Below, in pieces: positions 41,337-51,061 of a stretch of 64,000 nucleotides of DNA. Each line of letters starts with the position of its first letter. Position 1 is the first letter of the stretch. The notes under the pieces are model-generated. The model ran no database searches and was not told the DNA's origin. It saw only the letters and a list, made by a program, of their open reading frames with translations. The position numbers and the translations under genes were made by a program. Source of the stretch: an uncultured Gemmatimonadaceae bacterium (GTDB taxonomy: Bacteria > Gemmatimonadota > Gemmatimonadetes > Gemmatimonadales > Gemmatimonadaceae). Location: the NCBI GenBank assembly GCA_963781585.1, contig CAWAGQ010000013.1:416001-480000 (forward strand). Reading direction: 5' to 3'.

Positions 41337-43644
41337 AACCCGTATCTCCCGCCAGCGCCCGTTCCGACGCGCCGGCGTGTTGCGTGCGTTGTTCGACGAA
41401 ATCCGACAGCAGCGCCTGCACGCGTTCGAGCGAGAACAGGCGCGGGTCGTGGGAATCGGCTTCGATCACCAGCGCCGGGATCCCCGTGAGGCGTTGGGCG
41501 CGGACGGCGAGGCCGTACCGCACGTGGCTGGCTTCGGCGGTGGTGCGGCAGTCGTGATAGACTGCCGCGTCGACGCCGAAGCGTTCGAACTCTCGCGCGA
41601 GGTAGGCCGTCTTGTACTGCTCCGAGCGGTTGCCGAACACGCCGGTGTATGCCTCCGCCATGCTCGCGATCGGGTCGTGCGGACCGAGGCCCTTCAGCGC
41701 AAACACACTGCAGAATGTGGAGGCGACGACGGCGGTTCCCGTCCCGGCGAACAGTCCCGACAGGGCGCGCAGCGCACCCCAGATAGGCGGTCCGTCCCAG
41801 TAGACGCGATGAAATTCGCTGGGGACGGCCGCAACACCCTGAGCGACGCGCTGTTCGATTTCGGCCTTGAGCTCGCGGTAGTAGGCGACGGCCTCGGGCG
41901 TGCCGCGCAGCAGGAGCATCGGCGCGAGGTGGGTCACGGCGTCGAAGAAGGTCAGCGGTGCGGGGGTCGCCTGCCCCAGCTCGAGAATCTCGTTCCACAG
42001 CGCCGACGCCTGGGCGCTCCACTCCACGATCTCGGCCAGCCGGTCGGAGTCGAGCGGTCGTCCACTGACTCTGCGGAGTTGAATCGACAGGCGCGTCCAC
42101 TGGTCGATTGCGGCGTCGAGGTCGATCCGCTCGAGGTCGTGGAGCGCGGTCGGTGGATGCAGTCCGACGACCGGCACGCCATAGTGAGCGCCGTAATACT
42201 CGAACCAGCGACGCAGCTCGTGTCCGGTGTTGGTGCTGTACACCGCGACGTCGGGGCGGGGCGGTCCCTTGATGCCGTGGGCGGTCACGAGCGGGCTGCT
42301 CCCCTCCAGCAACGCGCCGACGTCGGCGCGCATGGCGGCGCTGGCGAACTGCGAGAACCCCTCGGCCGTGGCCCGGGCGATGAGCGGCGCCGCCTGACGA
42401 GTGGCACCGATCAGGGCGGCGTGGTTCTCCGGAAAGTACGGCAGCATGTCGAGGGCCCGAATGATCTCCACCGGGCCGAGCCCCGAGCAGGCCGCCACTT
42501 TCCGGTCGGGGTCATCCGACGCGGCCTCGACATCGAGATAGTACGCGTGGATCAGCTCCTTCAGGCGGCGGGTGGATTCGAGCCGCGGTCCGACGAACGG
42601 CAGACCGGCGTCGGCCCCTCTCGCTGTCGGCCGGGACGGCGCCCTCGGCCGGGCACGGTCGCCGCCATGCGCGGCGCCCGCGTCGAGCCCCAATCGTCGC
42701 GCGAGCTCCTGCTTGTTGAGAAACTTCTGGCGCTCACGGGAGTGGATGAAGTGGACGATCGCCGCGTTATGCGGCGCCGTCAGCCCCAGCCGGCGCGCCT
42801 CGGCCACGATCGCGCCGTTGAGCGCGTCCACTTCCGTGCGCGTGCCGCGGGACAGGTCCTGCCACATCGACGGCCGGTTCTTCGCCAGCGCTTTCAGCGA
42901 TCCGATGATCGGACGGAACGGATCCTCCTCGTCGACGATCGGGACGCCTCGCGCCCGCATCACGGCGATGATCTCCATGGCGAGATCGCGCATGAACGCG
43001 AGCAGCTCGTCGTCGCCGAGGATTTCGCGGCACGTCAGCCCGGTGAGCGCCGAGGTCGGGTTCACCACCGCGTTGTGCAGGAGCTTCTGCCAGACGGCGT
43101 GATCGACGTTGTCGACCACGGTCGTCTCGAGCCCGGCCCGCCGGAACATCGCGCCGATGGCCTCGATCTCGGGCGTGACGGTGCCGGCCATGGGCGCGAT
43201 CTGGACCGGCTTGATCCCGGCGCGGTAGTGCAGGCGGCTCGGACCGGCGTGCTGGATGCTGTGGTACGTGATGCCGCACAACACATGGTCCGGGGCCACG
43301 TGGCGCGCGATGGCCTCCACGTTGCCGATGCCGTTCTGCATCGAGAGGAACCAGGTGCCCGGATGAACGACCCCCATCACCGCCTGCACCGCGTCCTCGG
43401 TCTGATAGGTCTTGGTCGCGATGAAGACCAGGTCGAACGGCGCCGCACCCTCGACGGTGGTCACCGCCCGCACCGGATAGCAGCTCTCCTCCTCGCCCAC
43501 CCGGGTGATCGACAGACCGGATTCGTTCAGGAGCTGCACGCGGGCCTTGTTCACCTCGAGGAGCGTGACGTCCTCGCCATCGCGCGTCAGCAGAGCTCCC
43601 ACCAGCCCGCCCAGGGCGCCGGCACCCACGATCACGATTCGCAT
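41323..43644 (-). CDS. Fusion of ketopantoate-reductase-like (PanE/ApbA) domain and 2-hydroxyacyl-CoA dehydratase-like domain
   Basis: N-terminal GAGALG, ATKTYQT, MQNGIG, WQKLLHNAVVNP, SMWQD, RTEVDALNG; C-terminal FPENHAA, VYWDGPPIW, YHDCRT. One uninterrupted ORF. Confidence 0.88.
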   Translation of the reverse strand: MRIVIVGAGALGGLVGALLTRDGEDVTLLEVNKARVQLLNESGLSITRVGEEESCYPVRAVTTVEGAAPFDLVFIATKTYQTEDAVQAVMGVVHPGTWFLSMQNGIGNVEAIARHVAPDHVLCGITYHSIQHAGPSRLHYRAGIKPVQIAPMAGTVTPEIEAIGAMFRRAGLETTVVDNVDHAVWQKLLHNAVVNPTSALTGLTCREILGDDELLAFMRDLAMEIIAVMRARGVPIVDEEDPFRPIIGSLKALAKNRPSMWQDLSRGTRTEVDALNGAIVAEARRLGLTAPHNAAIVHFIHSRERQKFLNKQELARRLGLDAGAAHGGDRARPRAPSRPTARGADAGLPFVGPRLESTRRLKELIHAYYLDVEAASDDPDRKVAACSGLGPVEIIRALDMLPYFPENHAALIGATRQAAPLIARATAEGFSQFASAAMRADVGALLEGSSPLVTAHGIKGPPRPDVAVYSTNTGHELRRWFEYYGAHYGVPVVGLHPPTALHDLERIDLDAAIDQWTRLSIQLRRVSGRPLDSDRLAEIVEWSAQASALWNEILELGQATPAPLTFFDAVTHLAPMLLLRGTPEAVAYYRELKAEIEQRVAQGVAAVPSEFHRVYWDGPPIWGALRALSGLFAGTGTAVVASTFCSVFALKGLGPHDPIASMAEAYTGVFGNRSEQYKTAYLAREFERFGVDAAVYHDCRTTAEASHVRYGLAVRAQRLTGIPALVIEADSHDPRLFSLERVQALLSDFVEQRTQHAGASERALAGDTGYATG

Positions 43645-43687
43645 CAGCGCCTCCCGCGCCGGATGATCCGTCGCATCATCGGGGCGC

Positions 43688-44470
43688 TCACCGGTTCTTC
43701 CACGCCGGGCGGCGCTTTTCGGTGAACGACGCGATGCCCTCGCGCACGTCCTCGGTCGCCATCAGTTCATCCAGGAAAACGCGTTCGGCCTCGCGCCGCG
43801 CTACCTCGAACGGCCGACCCTGCAGCCGTCGCGCGAGCCGGACGTTCATGCGCATGACGAGCGGGCTCGCGCGCCGCAGGTCGTCAAGCAGGGCGTCGAG
43901 GACGGCGGTCAGGTCCCCGGACGGCGCGACGCGCGAGACGAGCCCCATTGCCTGCATCTCGGCTGCCGAATACGTCCGGCCCGTGCACGTGACCTCGAGT
44001 GCGCGCGCGAGGCCGATTCGGGACGCCAGCCAGGTGACGCCGACCGGCGCGAAGAACCCCAGCCGGATCTCCGGCTGACCAAACGTGGCGCGGTCGCTGG
44101 CCACCAGCACGTCGGCCATGGCGGCCAGCTCGAATCCAGCGCCTAACGCCGCACCATCCACGACCATCACGAGAGGCAGCTCGCTCGCCCCCAGGGTGCC
44201 GAAGAGCGCGCTGAACGCGGCGATCATGCCCGGCGCCTGCCCGGGAGCGTGCTCGCCCACGTCGGCGCCGGCCGAAAAGGCGCGGGCCTCCGAGCTGAGC
44301 GTGATCGCCTTGAGCGTGCGATCGGCCAGGGCGCGCTCGAGGGCGTCGGTCAGGGCCCCCATCATCGCCGCGGTGAGGATGTTGAGCGGTGGTGAGTCCA
44401 GCGTCAGGTGCGCGACGTCCTCACGGACCTCGTACCGTACCAGACTTGCGCGGTCGGTCATCGTCGTCAC
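43688..44470 (-). CDS. dch: Cyclohexa-1,5-dienecarbonyl-CoA hydratase (crotonase fold)
   Basis: PPLNIL, FSAGADVGEH, GQPEIRLGFFAP; located in the bcr cluster. Confidence 0.8.
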   Translation of the reverse strand: MTTMTDRASLVRYEVREDVAHLTLDSPPLNILTAAMMGALTDALERALADRTLKAITLSSEARAFSAGADVGEHAPGQAPGMIAAFSALFGTLGASELPLVMVVDGAALGAGFELAAMADVLVASDRATFGQPEIRLGFFAPVGVTWLASRIGLARALEVTCTGRTYSAAEMQAMGLVSRVAPSGDLTAVLDALLDDLRRASPLVMRMNVRLARRLQGRPFEVARREAERVFLDELMATEDVREGIASFTEKRRPAWKNR

Positions 44471-44477
44471 GGTCTCC

Positions 44478-45227
44478 TCACATGCACTGGCCGCCGTCCA
44501 CCCGGATCACTTCACCCGTCACGTGACGGGCGCGATCCGAGCAGAGGAAGACCACCATCTGCGCGATATCCTCGGGGTCAGCGATGCGGCCGAGTGGGGA
44601 CTCGCGGATTGCGCCGTCGAGCACGCCGCGCGGCAGCGCGGCCGCCATGTCGGTGTGGACCATGCCCGGCGCCACGCAGTTCACGTTGACGCCGAACGCT
44701 CCCAGTTCGCGGGCGAGCGAGCGGGTGAACGCCATCACTCCCCCTTTCGACGCCGCGTAGTTCGACTGCCCGAACTTTCCGCGCAGCCCGTTGATCGACG
44801 AGATGGTCACGATCTTGCCACGCTGCTGGCCACGAAAGGGCGGTACGACCGCGCGGCAGTAGGTGAAGCATCCCTTCAGGTTCACGTCGAGTACGTCGTC
44901 CCACGCTTCCTCGGTCATTTTCCAGACCACGGCATCGCGCGTGATGCCGGCGTTGCAGACGAGGATGTCGAGACGCCCCAGCTCGCGGATGGTCGCGGCC
45001 ACGCTGTTCTCCGCCGCTTCCATGCTCGTGACGTCGGCGCCGAGCGCCACCGCCCGGCGGCCCGAGTGGCGCAGCTCGCCCGCAATCGACTCGGCGCCGG
45101 CGAGAGCGCCCAGGTCCACGAGCGCCACATCGCAGCCTTCGCGCGCGAATTCGCGCGCGATCGCTGCGCCGATGCCGCGTCCGGCGCCCGTGACCAGCGC
45201 CACCTGTCCCGCCATCCCGAGATCCAT
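44478..45227 (-). CDS. Short-chain dehydrogenase/reductase (FabG/BzdZ-like)
   Basis: TGAGRGIG, NAGITRD, YAASK, NCVAPG. Confidence 0.88.
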   Translation of the reverse strand: MDLGMAGQVALVTGAGRGIGAAIAREFAREGCDVALVDLGALAGAESIAGELRHSGRRAVALGADVTSMEAAENSVAATIRELGRLDILVCNAGITRDAVVWKMTEEAWDDVLDVNLKGCFTYCRAVVPPFRGQQRGKIVTISSINGLRGKFGQSNYAASKGGVMAFTRSLARELGAFGVNVNCVAPGMVHTDMAAALPRGVLDGAIRESPLGRIADPEDIAQMVVFLCSDRARHVTGEVIRVDGGQCM

Positions 45228-45235
45228 CCGATGTC

Positions 45236-46210
45236 CTAGCCTGTCCGGCCCGCGCCATTCAGCGCCGCGCCGCAACTCCCGCAGAACGTGAAGTCGGCGG
45301 GAAGCCCCGTCGCGCCGCAGGACTCGCACGTCGTGGCGTATGGTCCCCACAGGAATTCGCTGCTGGCCCCCGACGCCGCCCGCTGGCGCAGCCCCGCGAA
45401 GTCGACCTTCCGCTTCTCGACGAACGCGCGCATCCCCTCGTACGGCTCCAGCGTGGTGAAGTGCGTGGAGAGCCAGTCACGCGCGTGCCCGATGGTGGCG
45501 TTCCAGGCGGACTCCTTCCAGTAGTTCACCTGCTGCTTGGTGTAGCGCGTGCACTCGGGGAACTTCTCCAGCGCCTGCTGCGCCAGCCCCTGCACCTCGT
45601 CATCGAGGCGGACCCGCGGCACCACGCGGTTCACCAGTCCCCACTCCAGGGCCTGACGGGCGGGGATCCGCGGGTTCAGGAAGAGCATCTCGCGCGCGCG
45701 CCGGTCGCCCACGTGAATCGACAGCCACTGCGTCGCTCCACCCGCGGCCACGCTGCCGACGCTCGATCCGACCTGCCCCAGGTACGTGTCGTCCGCCATC
45801 ACCGCCAGGTCGCACGCCAGCTGCGATTCGTTCCCGCCGCCCACCGCGATGCCGTTGAGCCGGGCGATGGTGATCTTCCCGCTGCGGAGGATGCTCTCGA
45901 TGTAGCGGCTGAACAGGCCCATGTACTTCCAGTAGTCGCGGGGGCGCTTGGTGTAGACGGCGGCGTACTCCTTCACGTCGCCGCCGGTGCAGAACGCCTT
46001 GTCGCCCGCGCCGGTGTACACGATGACCCCCACCGCGTCGTCGTTCGAGGCATCCTCGAAGGCGACGATCAGCTCCCGCAGCGTGTCGGTGGTGTACGCG
46101 TTGTACGACTCGGGGCGGTTGATGGTGATGCGCGCCACCATGTCGCGCTTTTCATAGAGAATGTCCTTGAACCCGAAGCAGGTCGCGTCCTTCGAAGGGA
46201 AATACTCCAT
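45236..46210 (-). CDS. oah: 6-oxocyclohex-1-ene-1-carbonyl-CoA hydrolase-like crotonase
   Basis: YNAYTT, GAGDKAFCTGGDVKEYA, KFPECTRYTK; C-terminal CESC...CGSC; cluster context. Confidence 0.8.
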   Translation of the reverse strand: MEYFPSKDATCFGFKDILYEKRDMVARITINRPESYNAYTTDTLRELIVAFEDASNDDAVGVIVYTGAGDKAFCTGGDVKEYAAVYTKRPRDYWKYMGLFSRYIESILRSGKITIARLNGIAVGGGNESQLACDLAVMADDTYLGQVGSSVGSVAAGGATQWLSIHVGDRRAREMLFLNPRIPARQALEWGLVNRVVPRVRLDDEVQGLAQQALEKFPECTRYTKQQVNYWKESAWNATIGHARDWLSTHFTTLEPYEGMRAFVEKRKVDFAGLRQRAASGASSEFLWGPYATTCESCGATGLPADFTFCGSCGAALNGAGRTG

Positions 46211-46285
46211 CCGTCGATACCTCAGTCGCAGTTGGTCACCGATGAGCGGTATGGTCGATCGTCTGATTGTTCGTCACGCTCCGCG

Positions 46286-47491
46286 TCATTCCACCTTCAC
46301 CACGATTGCCGCTGCGCTGTCGCCGGCCGCGCATCCGGTGAACAGTCCATAGCCGCCGCCCAGGAGCGTGAGGTCCTCGACCAATTCCATGATGGCACGG
46401 AGCCCCGTGGGTCCCTGCGGGTGTCCCCACACCAGCGAGCTGCCGTGGCGATTCATCATCTCCGGGTCGAGGCCGAGCTCCCGCGACAGGTACACATCGT
46501 TGACCGCGAACGGATTGTGCGTCGTCACACTCGTCAGGTCGCCGGCGCTGATTCCGGCACGCTCCAGCGCCTGACGCGCGGCCGGCGCCACCGCCATCGG
46601 CATGAATCCCTTCCTGACCCGTGCCTGTCCGTACGACAGCAGCCGGATCCCCACCGCGCCGTCGCGCGAGAGCGCCTGTGCGCGGTCCCGGCTCGCGGCG
46701 AGGATCATGGCCGCGCTGCCGTCGGCCGGGTGCGTCTGCGTGCCGAAGGTCACCGTGCCCCCGTCGATGACGGGGCGCAGTCCCTGCAGCCCCTGCGCCG
46801 TGGTCGGAAAGACGCCCTCATCGCCGGTGACGGTCGCCAGAACCTTCCTGCCGCGCGCGTCCTTCACCTCGACCGGCCGCACCAGGAACCGCGACAGGAA
46901 CGCGCCGTCGTCCGCGGTGGCGAGTTGGTACTGGCGGAAGCGCAGCAACGCCATTTCCTCCTGTGCCGCGCGGCTGATGCCTGCCTCACGCGCCACGTTC
47001 TCCGCCGTTTCCACCATCGAGTTCCTGGCGTATGGATCGTGGCCGAAGCTGTCGAGCACCCAGTTCTCGGCATCGCCCGTGCCGCCTGGGCCGGCGGGAT
47101 TCGGATAGTAGACGTGTGGTCCATTGCTCGTCCGATCGGCCGACGCAGCGAGGTAGACGGTGGCGCTCCCCGATTCCAGCTCCTGGGCGCCCTGCACCAG
47201 GGTCCGGACCGATGTCGCGCACGCCTGGTTGATGGTCGGCCCGGTCACGTGGCACAGTCCCGCGAGACCGGCAAACCACGGCGCCCCGTAGAACGACCCC
47301 TTGCTCGGCACGGTCGTGCCGAGACACATGCCGTCGAACGCGGAGACGTCGACGCCGCGCTCGGACAGCGCGCGTTTCGTGACATCGGCGGCGAAGGGAA
47401 TCGGCGCCAGCGGCGCGAAGCTCCCCTGCCATGCGCAGAACGGCGTCGACCAGTAGCCGCCGTACGGAATCCAGGTGTTCGTGAATTGCAT
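46286..47491 (-). CDS. Thiolase
   Basis: QACATS, THNPFA, GHPQGPTG, CAAGD. Confidence 0.88.
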   Translation of the reverse strand: MQFTNTWIPYGGYWSTPFCAWQGSFAPLAPIPFAADVTKRALSERGVDVSAFDGMCLGTTVPSKGSFYGAPWFAGLAGLCHVTGPTINQACATSVRTLVQGAQELESGSATVYLAASADRTSNGPHVYYPNPAGPGGTGDAENWVLDSFGHDPYARNSMVETAENVAREAGISRAAQEEMALLRFRQYQLATADDGAFLSRFLVRPVEVKDARGRKVLATVTGDEGVFPTTAQGLQGLRPVIDGGTVTFGTQTHPADGSAAMILAASRDRAQALSRDGAVGIRLLSYGQARVRKGFMPMAVAPAARQALERAGISAGDLTSVTTHNPFAVNDVYLSRELGLDPEMMNRHGSSLVWGHPQGPTGLRAIMELVEDLTLLGGGYGLFTGCAAGDSAAAIVVKVE

Positions 47492-47549
47492 CGTCGTCCT
47501 CACACAGGGCGGGGGAGGCCGGCGGCCGACCCCGCGTCTTGGCTCGTGC

Positions 47550-48206
47550 TCATTGCCCGCGCCCGTCGTGGCGCAGCCCGTTGAGCACGAGGTCCAGCAT
47601 TTCCTCGCCGACCTGTTCCACCGGTCCATGGCGGGCCGGATCGTACCACATGAAGATCCAGTTCAGCATACCGAAGATGAACAGCGTGGCGTGGCGGCTC
47701 TCCCGCGATGCCCCGGCAGCGTTAGGCGGACCGTCCTTCACCTCCGCGACCACGTCCGTCATCAGCCGGTAGTAGCGCCGGCGCAGCGACTGGATGGTGT
47801 GGTAGGGCTCGCCCGTCAGCGATTCCAGCTCGTACGTGCACGCCTTGAGCTCGTTGCGATGGTGCGAGAAGAACCCGAGGTGTCCGATCAGCAGCCGTCG
47901 GAACCGCTCCTCCGGCGTGCCGGGCTGCTCGGCGACTTCCTCCTGCGCCTGCAGCAGTGAGCCGAAGGTCCGGTACTGGAGCTGATAGAGCAGGTCCTCC
48001 TTGCTGGCGAAATAATGGTACAGGCCCGCCAGGCTCACCCCCACCGCCTGGCTCACGTCGCGCATCGAGGTCGCCTCGAATCCCTTCTCCGCGATCAGCG
48101 CCGCCGCCCGGGCCAGCAGGTGATCGACCTTCTGCCGGGTCGTCGCCCGTGGGCGCTGGTGGCGTGCCGTGGCGGCGGGCATGGCGGGATCACGCGGGAT
48201 CGTCAT
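47550..48206 (-). CDS. TetR-family regulator (PaaR/KstR2-like)
   Basis: KGFEATSMRDVSQAVGVSLAGLYHYFASKEDL; FGMLNWIFMWY. Confidence 0.9.
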   Translation of the reverse strand: MTIPRDPAMPAATARHQRPRATTRQKVDHLLARAAALIAEKGFEATSMRDVSQAVGVSLAGLYHYFASKEDLLYQLQYRTFGSLLQAQEEVAEQPGTPEERFRRLLIGHLGFFSHHRNELKACTYELESLTGEPYHTIQSLRRRYYRLMTDVVAEVKDGPPNAAGASRESRHATLFIFGMLNWIFMWYDPARHGPVEQVGEEMLDLVLNGLRHDGRGQ

Positions 48207-51061
48207 GATGGCACCTCGTGCGCTAGCGCCAGCGGCGGCTGCTGGGCCGGTGATGGGCGGTCCTTGAGTCCCCGCAGAATCTTCTCCGGGGTGATCGGCA
48301 ACTCGGTCACGCGCACGCCGCACGCGTCGTACACGGCGTTGGCAATCGCGCCCAGCACCGGCAACAGTGAACCCTCCCCGATCTCCTTGGCACCGAACGG
48401 ACCGTGCGGCTCGTAGCTGTCCACCGCTGCGGTGCGAATGTCCGGAGTGTCGCAGATCGTCGGGATCAGGTAGTCATGCAGATTCGGGTTGGCGATCTCC
48501 CCGTTGGCCCCCACCACCGTGTCCTCGAACAGCGTTTCGCCGAGACCCATCACGATCGCACCCTCGACCTGTCCGTGGAACGTCACCGGGTTGATGACCG
48601 TGCCCGCGTCGCTGAAGTCGGTCACGCGGTCGACGGTCACGAAGCCGGTCTCGAGATCGACGGTCACCTCCGCCACCACCGTCGAGAAGGAGTACGCCGG
48701 CGAGGTCCCGACCGCGCTGCCCTTGAAATCCCCGCCCAGGCTCTGTGGCGGGCGGTACCATCCGGTGCCGACCACCGGTCCGGCGCGGCTGAACGCAAGC
48801 CGTGCCGCCGCGGCCCACTCGATGCCCATGGCCGGGTAGTCGCGCACGAAAATCCGCCCGGCGCGTGCGTCCAGTGCCCCGGCGTCGCACCCCAGTTCAC
48901 GCGCCGCCACCGCGAGCACTTGCTGCTTCACGCTCTGTGCGGCCATCCGGACCGCGTTGCCGCCCATCAACGTGAGGCGGCTCGAGTAGGCGCCCAGGTC
49001 GAGCGTGCTCGACACCGTGTCGCACTCCACCAGCCAGATCCACTCGTAAGGCACCCCCAGTTCCTCGGCGGCGATCTGCACCATCACCGTGTCCGACCCC
49101 TGGCCGATCTCGGCCGCCGCGATGTGAAGCGAGACGCCGGTGCCGTCTTCGTGCACCCGGATCATGGCGTTGGAGTGCGGAAAATCCGAGCGATAGATCG
49201 GATAGCCGGCACCGGAGACAAATCCTCCGCATCCCACGCCGATCCCCCTGCCACGCGCGAGCCGCCCTCGCTTCGTCCGCCACTCGGTTTCCTGGCGCGC
49301 GCGCCGCAGCGTCTGGCCGAACTCGCACGACGAAATGTCGAGCGCGTTGCAGGTGCGCGTGTTCGGTTCCATCGCGTTCTTCAGCCGCATCTCGATCGGA
49401 TCGATGCCGAGATCCTCGGCGATCATGTCGAGCAGCGACTCGAACGCGAAGCGTGGCTGCGGCGCCCCGTGGCCGCGGAACGCACCCGACGCAGGGAGAT
49501 TGGTGTAGACGCGCAGGCCGTCGTAGCGATAATGCGGAATCTTGTACAGGGTCGGGACCATCGAGCCGGCGTAGTACGCGGTGATCACGCCGAACGACGT
49601 GTACGCGCCGCCGTCGAGCACCACGCGCTGCTGTACCGCGGTGATGGTGCCATCCCGTTTCACGCCGATCCGCAGGTCGATGGTCTGCTTGTGACGCCCG
49701 CGGAAGTGCCGGAACATCTCCTCGCGCGAGTATTCCATCAGTACCGGCCGACCCGTCATCCTCGCCAGAATCGCCGCGCAGAAGTCCAGCGGCGTCGCCT
49801 CCGCCTTGGCGCCGAATCCACCGCCCACCGCCGGCCGGATCACGCGGATGTTCCCCATCGGGATGCCCAGCGTGCGGGACAACGACCGGTGCAGGTAGTG
49901 GGGTGTCTGCGTCGATGCCCAGATCGTGAGGCGTCCCGACGGATCCCATTGTGCCAGCGCCGCATGCGGCTCCATCGGCGTCTGGTACGGGCGATTGCCG
50001 ATGAATCGCTGCTCGCGGATGTGCTCGGCGGCAGCGAACCCTCGCTCGATGTCGCCGAAGTGCCACTCGACGCGCGTGTTGATGTTACCGGCATACCGGG
50101 GATTCTCGGGATGGATGAGCGGAGCGCCGGGCGCCATGGCCGATTCGGCGTCGAAGACGGCTGGAAGCGGCTCGTACTCCACCTCGATCAGCCGCAGCGC
50201 CCGCTCAGCCGTCTCCTCGTCGACCGCGGCCACCGCCGCCACCTCGTCGCCCACGTAACGCACCCGCTCCCTGGCGAGAATCTGCTCGTCCTCGCGCGCG
50301 GGGCTCACACCGTACCACGTATCGGGCACGTCGGCGCCGGTAATCACCGCGAGCACACCGGGTAGCGCACGCGCCTTCGAGACATCGATCCGCTTGAGAA
50401 GTCCGTGCGGAATCGGACTGCCAAGAATCTTCCCGTGAATCATCCCTGGCAGCCGGAGGTCAGCCGTGTACTTCGCGCGGCCGGTAACCTTGTCCGGCGC
50501 GTCGTACCGCGTGACTCCGTGACCGACGATCGAGTGGTCGCGTTCCTGATCGCGCTCTCCGCGCCCGTGCGGCCGCGCATCCAGCGGAACGTCGCGATAC
50601 TCCTTCCACCCCTCCACCGCGCTGAGCACGCGCGGATACGTCGCACAGCGACAGAGGTTGCCACTGAGCGCCTCGCGAATCTCCCCAGTCGAGGGATCCG
50701 GATTGCTGTCGACGAGGGCTTTCGCCGCCATCAGCATGCCCGGTGTGCAATAGCCGCACTGCAGCGCCCCGTGCTTCACGAACGCCTTCTGCAGCGGATG
50801 CAACTCGCCGCCCCGTGCCATCCCTTCAATCGTCGTGATCGACCTTCCCGACGCCGCGGCAGCCGGTACCAGGCACGAGGTGACGGGCGCACCATCCATC
50901 AGCACGGTACAGGCACCGCAATCGCCGGTGCCGCACGCCTTCTTGGTCCCCGTGAGGTCGAGCAAGTCGCGCAACACCGCCAGCAGGGTGGTGTCCGGCT
51001 TCACGGCAAGCGCGTGCTCCTCGCCGTTCACCGTTAGGCGGACGAGCATCTCGTCGCTCAT
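48203..51061 (-). CDS. Xanthine-oxidase-family molybdoprotein, HcrA-like, with fused N-terminal 2x[2Fe-2S] (HcrC-like) domain
   Basis: CGTGDCGAC, QCGYC, NLCRC, then KVTGRAKY, GGGFG, FRGHG, IGQGS, YSSR, GAKEIGE. RGHG and GGFVSG resemble 4-hydroxybenzoyl-CoA reductase alpha. Confidence 0.8.
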   Translation of the reverse strand: MSDEMLVRLTVNGEEHALAVKPDTTLLAVLRDLLDLTGTKKACGTGDCGACTVLMDGAPVTSCLVPAAAASGRSITTIEGMARGGELHPLQKAFVKHGALQCGYCTPGMLMAAKALVDSNPDPSTGEIREALSGNLCRCATYPRVLSAVEGWKEYRDVPLDARPHGRGERDQERDHSIVGHGVTRYDAPDKVTGRAKYTADLRLPGMIHGKILGSPIPHGLLKRIDVSKARALPGVLAVITGADVPDTWYGVSPAREDEQILARERVRYVGDEVAAVAAVDEETAERALRLIEVEYEPLPAVFDAESAMAPGAPLIHPENPRYAGNINTRVEWHFGDIERGFAAAEHIREQRFIGNRPYQTPMEPHAALAQWDPSGRLTIWASTQTPHYLHRSLSRTLGIPMGNIRVIRPAVGGGFGAKAEATPLDFCAAILARMTGRPVLMEYSREEMFRHFRGRHKQTIDLRIGVKRDGTITAVQQRVVLDGGAYTSFGVITAYYAGSMVPTLYKIPHYRYDGLRVYTNLPASGAFRGHGAPQPRFAFESLLDMIAEDLGIDPIEMRLKNAMEPNTRTCNALDISSCEFGQTLRRARQETEWRTKRGRLARGRGIGVGCGGFVSGAGYPIYRSDFPHSNAMIRVHEDGTGVSLHIAAAEIGQGSDTVMVQIAAEELGVPYEWIWLVECDTVSSTLDLGAYSSRLTLMGGNAVRMAAQSVKQQVLAVAARELGCDAGALDARAGRIFVRDYPAMGIEWAAAARLAFSRAGPVVGTGWYRPPQSLGGDFKGSAVGTSPAYSFSTVVAEVTVDLETGFVTVDRVTDFSDAGTVINPVTFHGQVEGAIVMGLGETLFEDTVVGANGEIANPNLHDYLIPTICDTPDIRTAAVDSYEPHGPFGAKEIGEGSLLPVLGAIANAVYDACGVRVTELPITPEKILRGLKDRPSPAQQPPLALAHEVPS

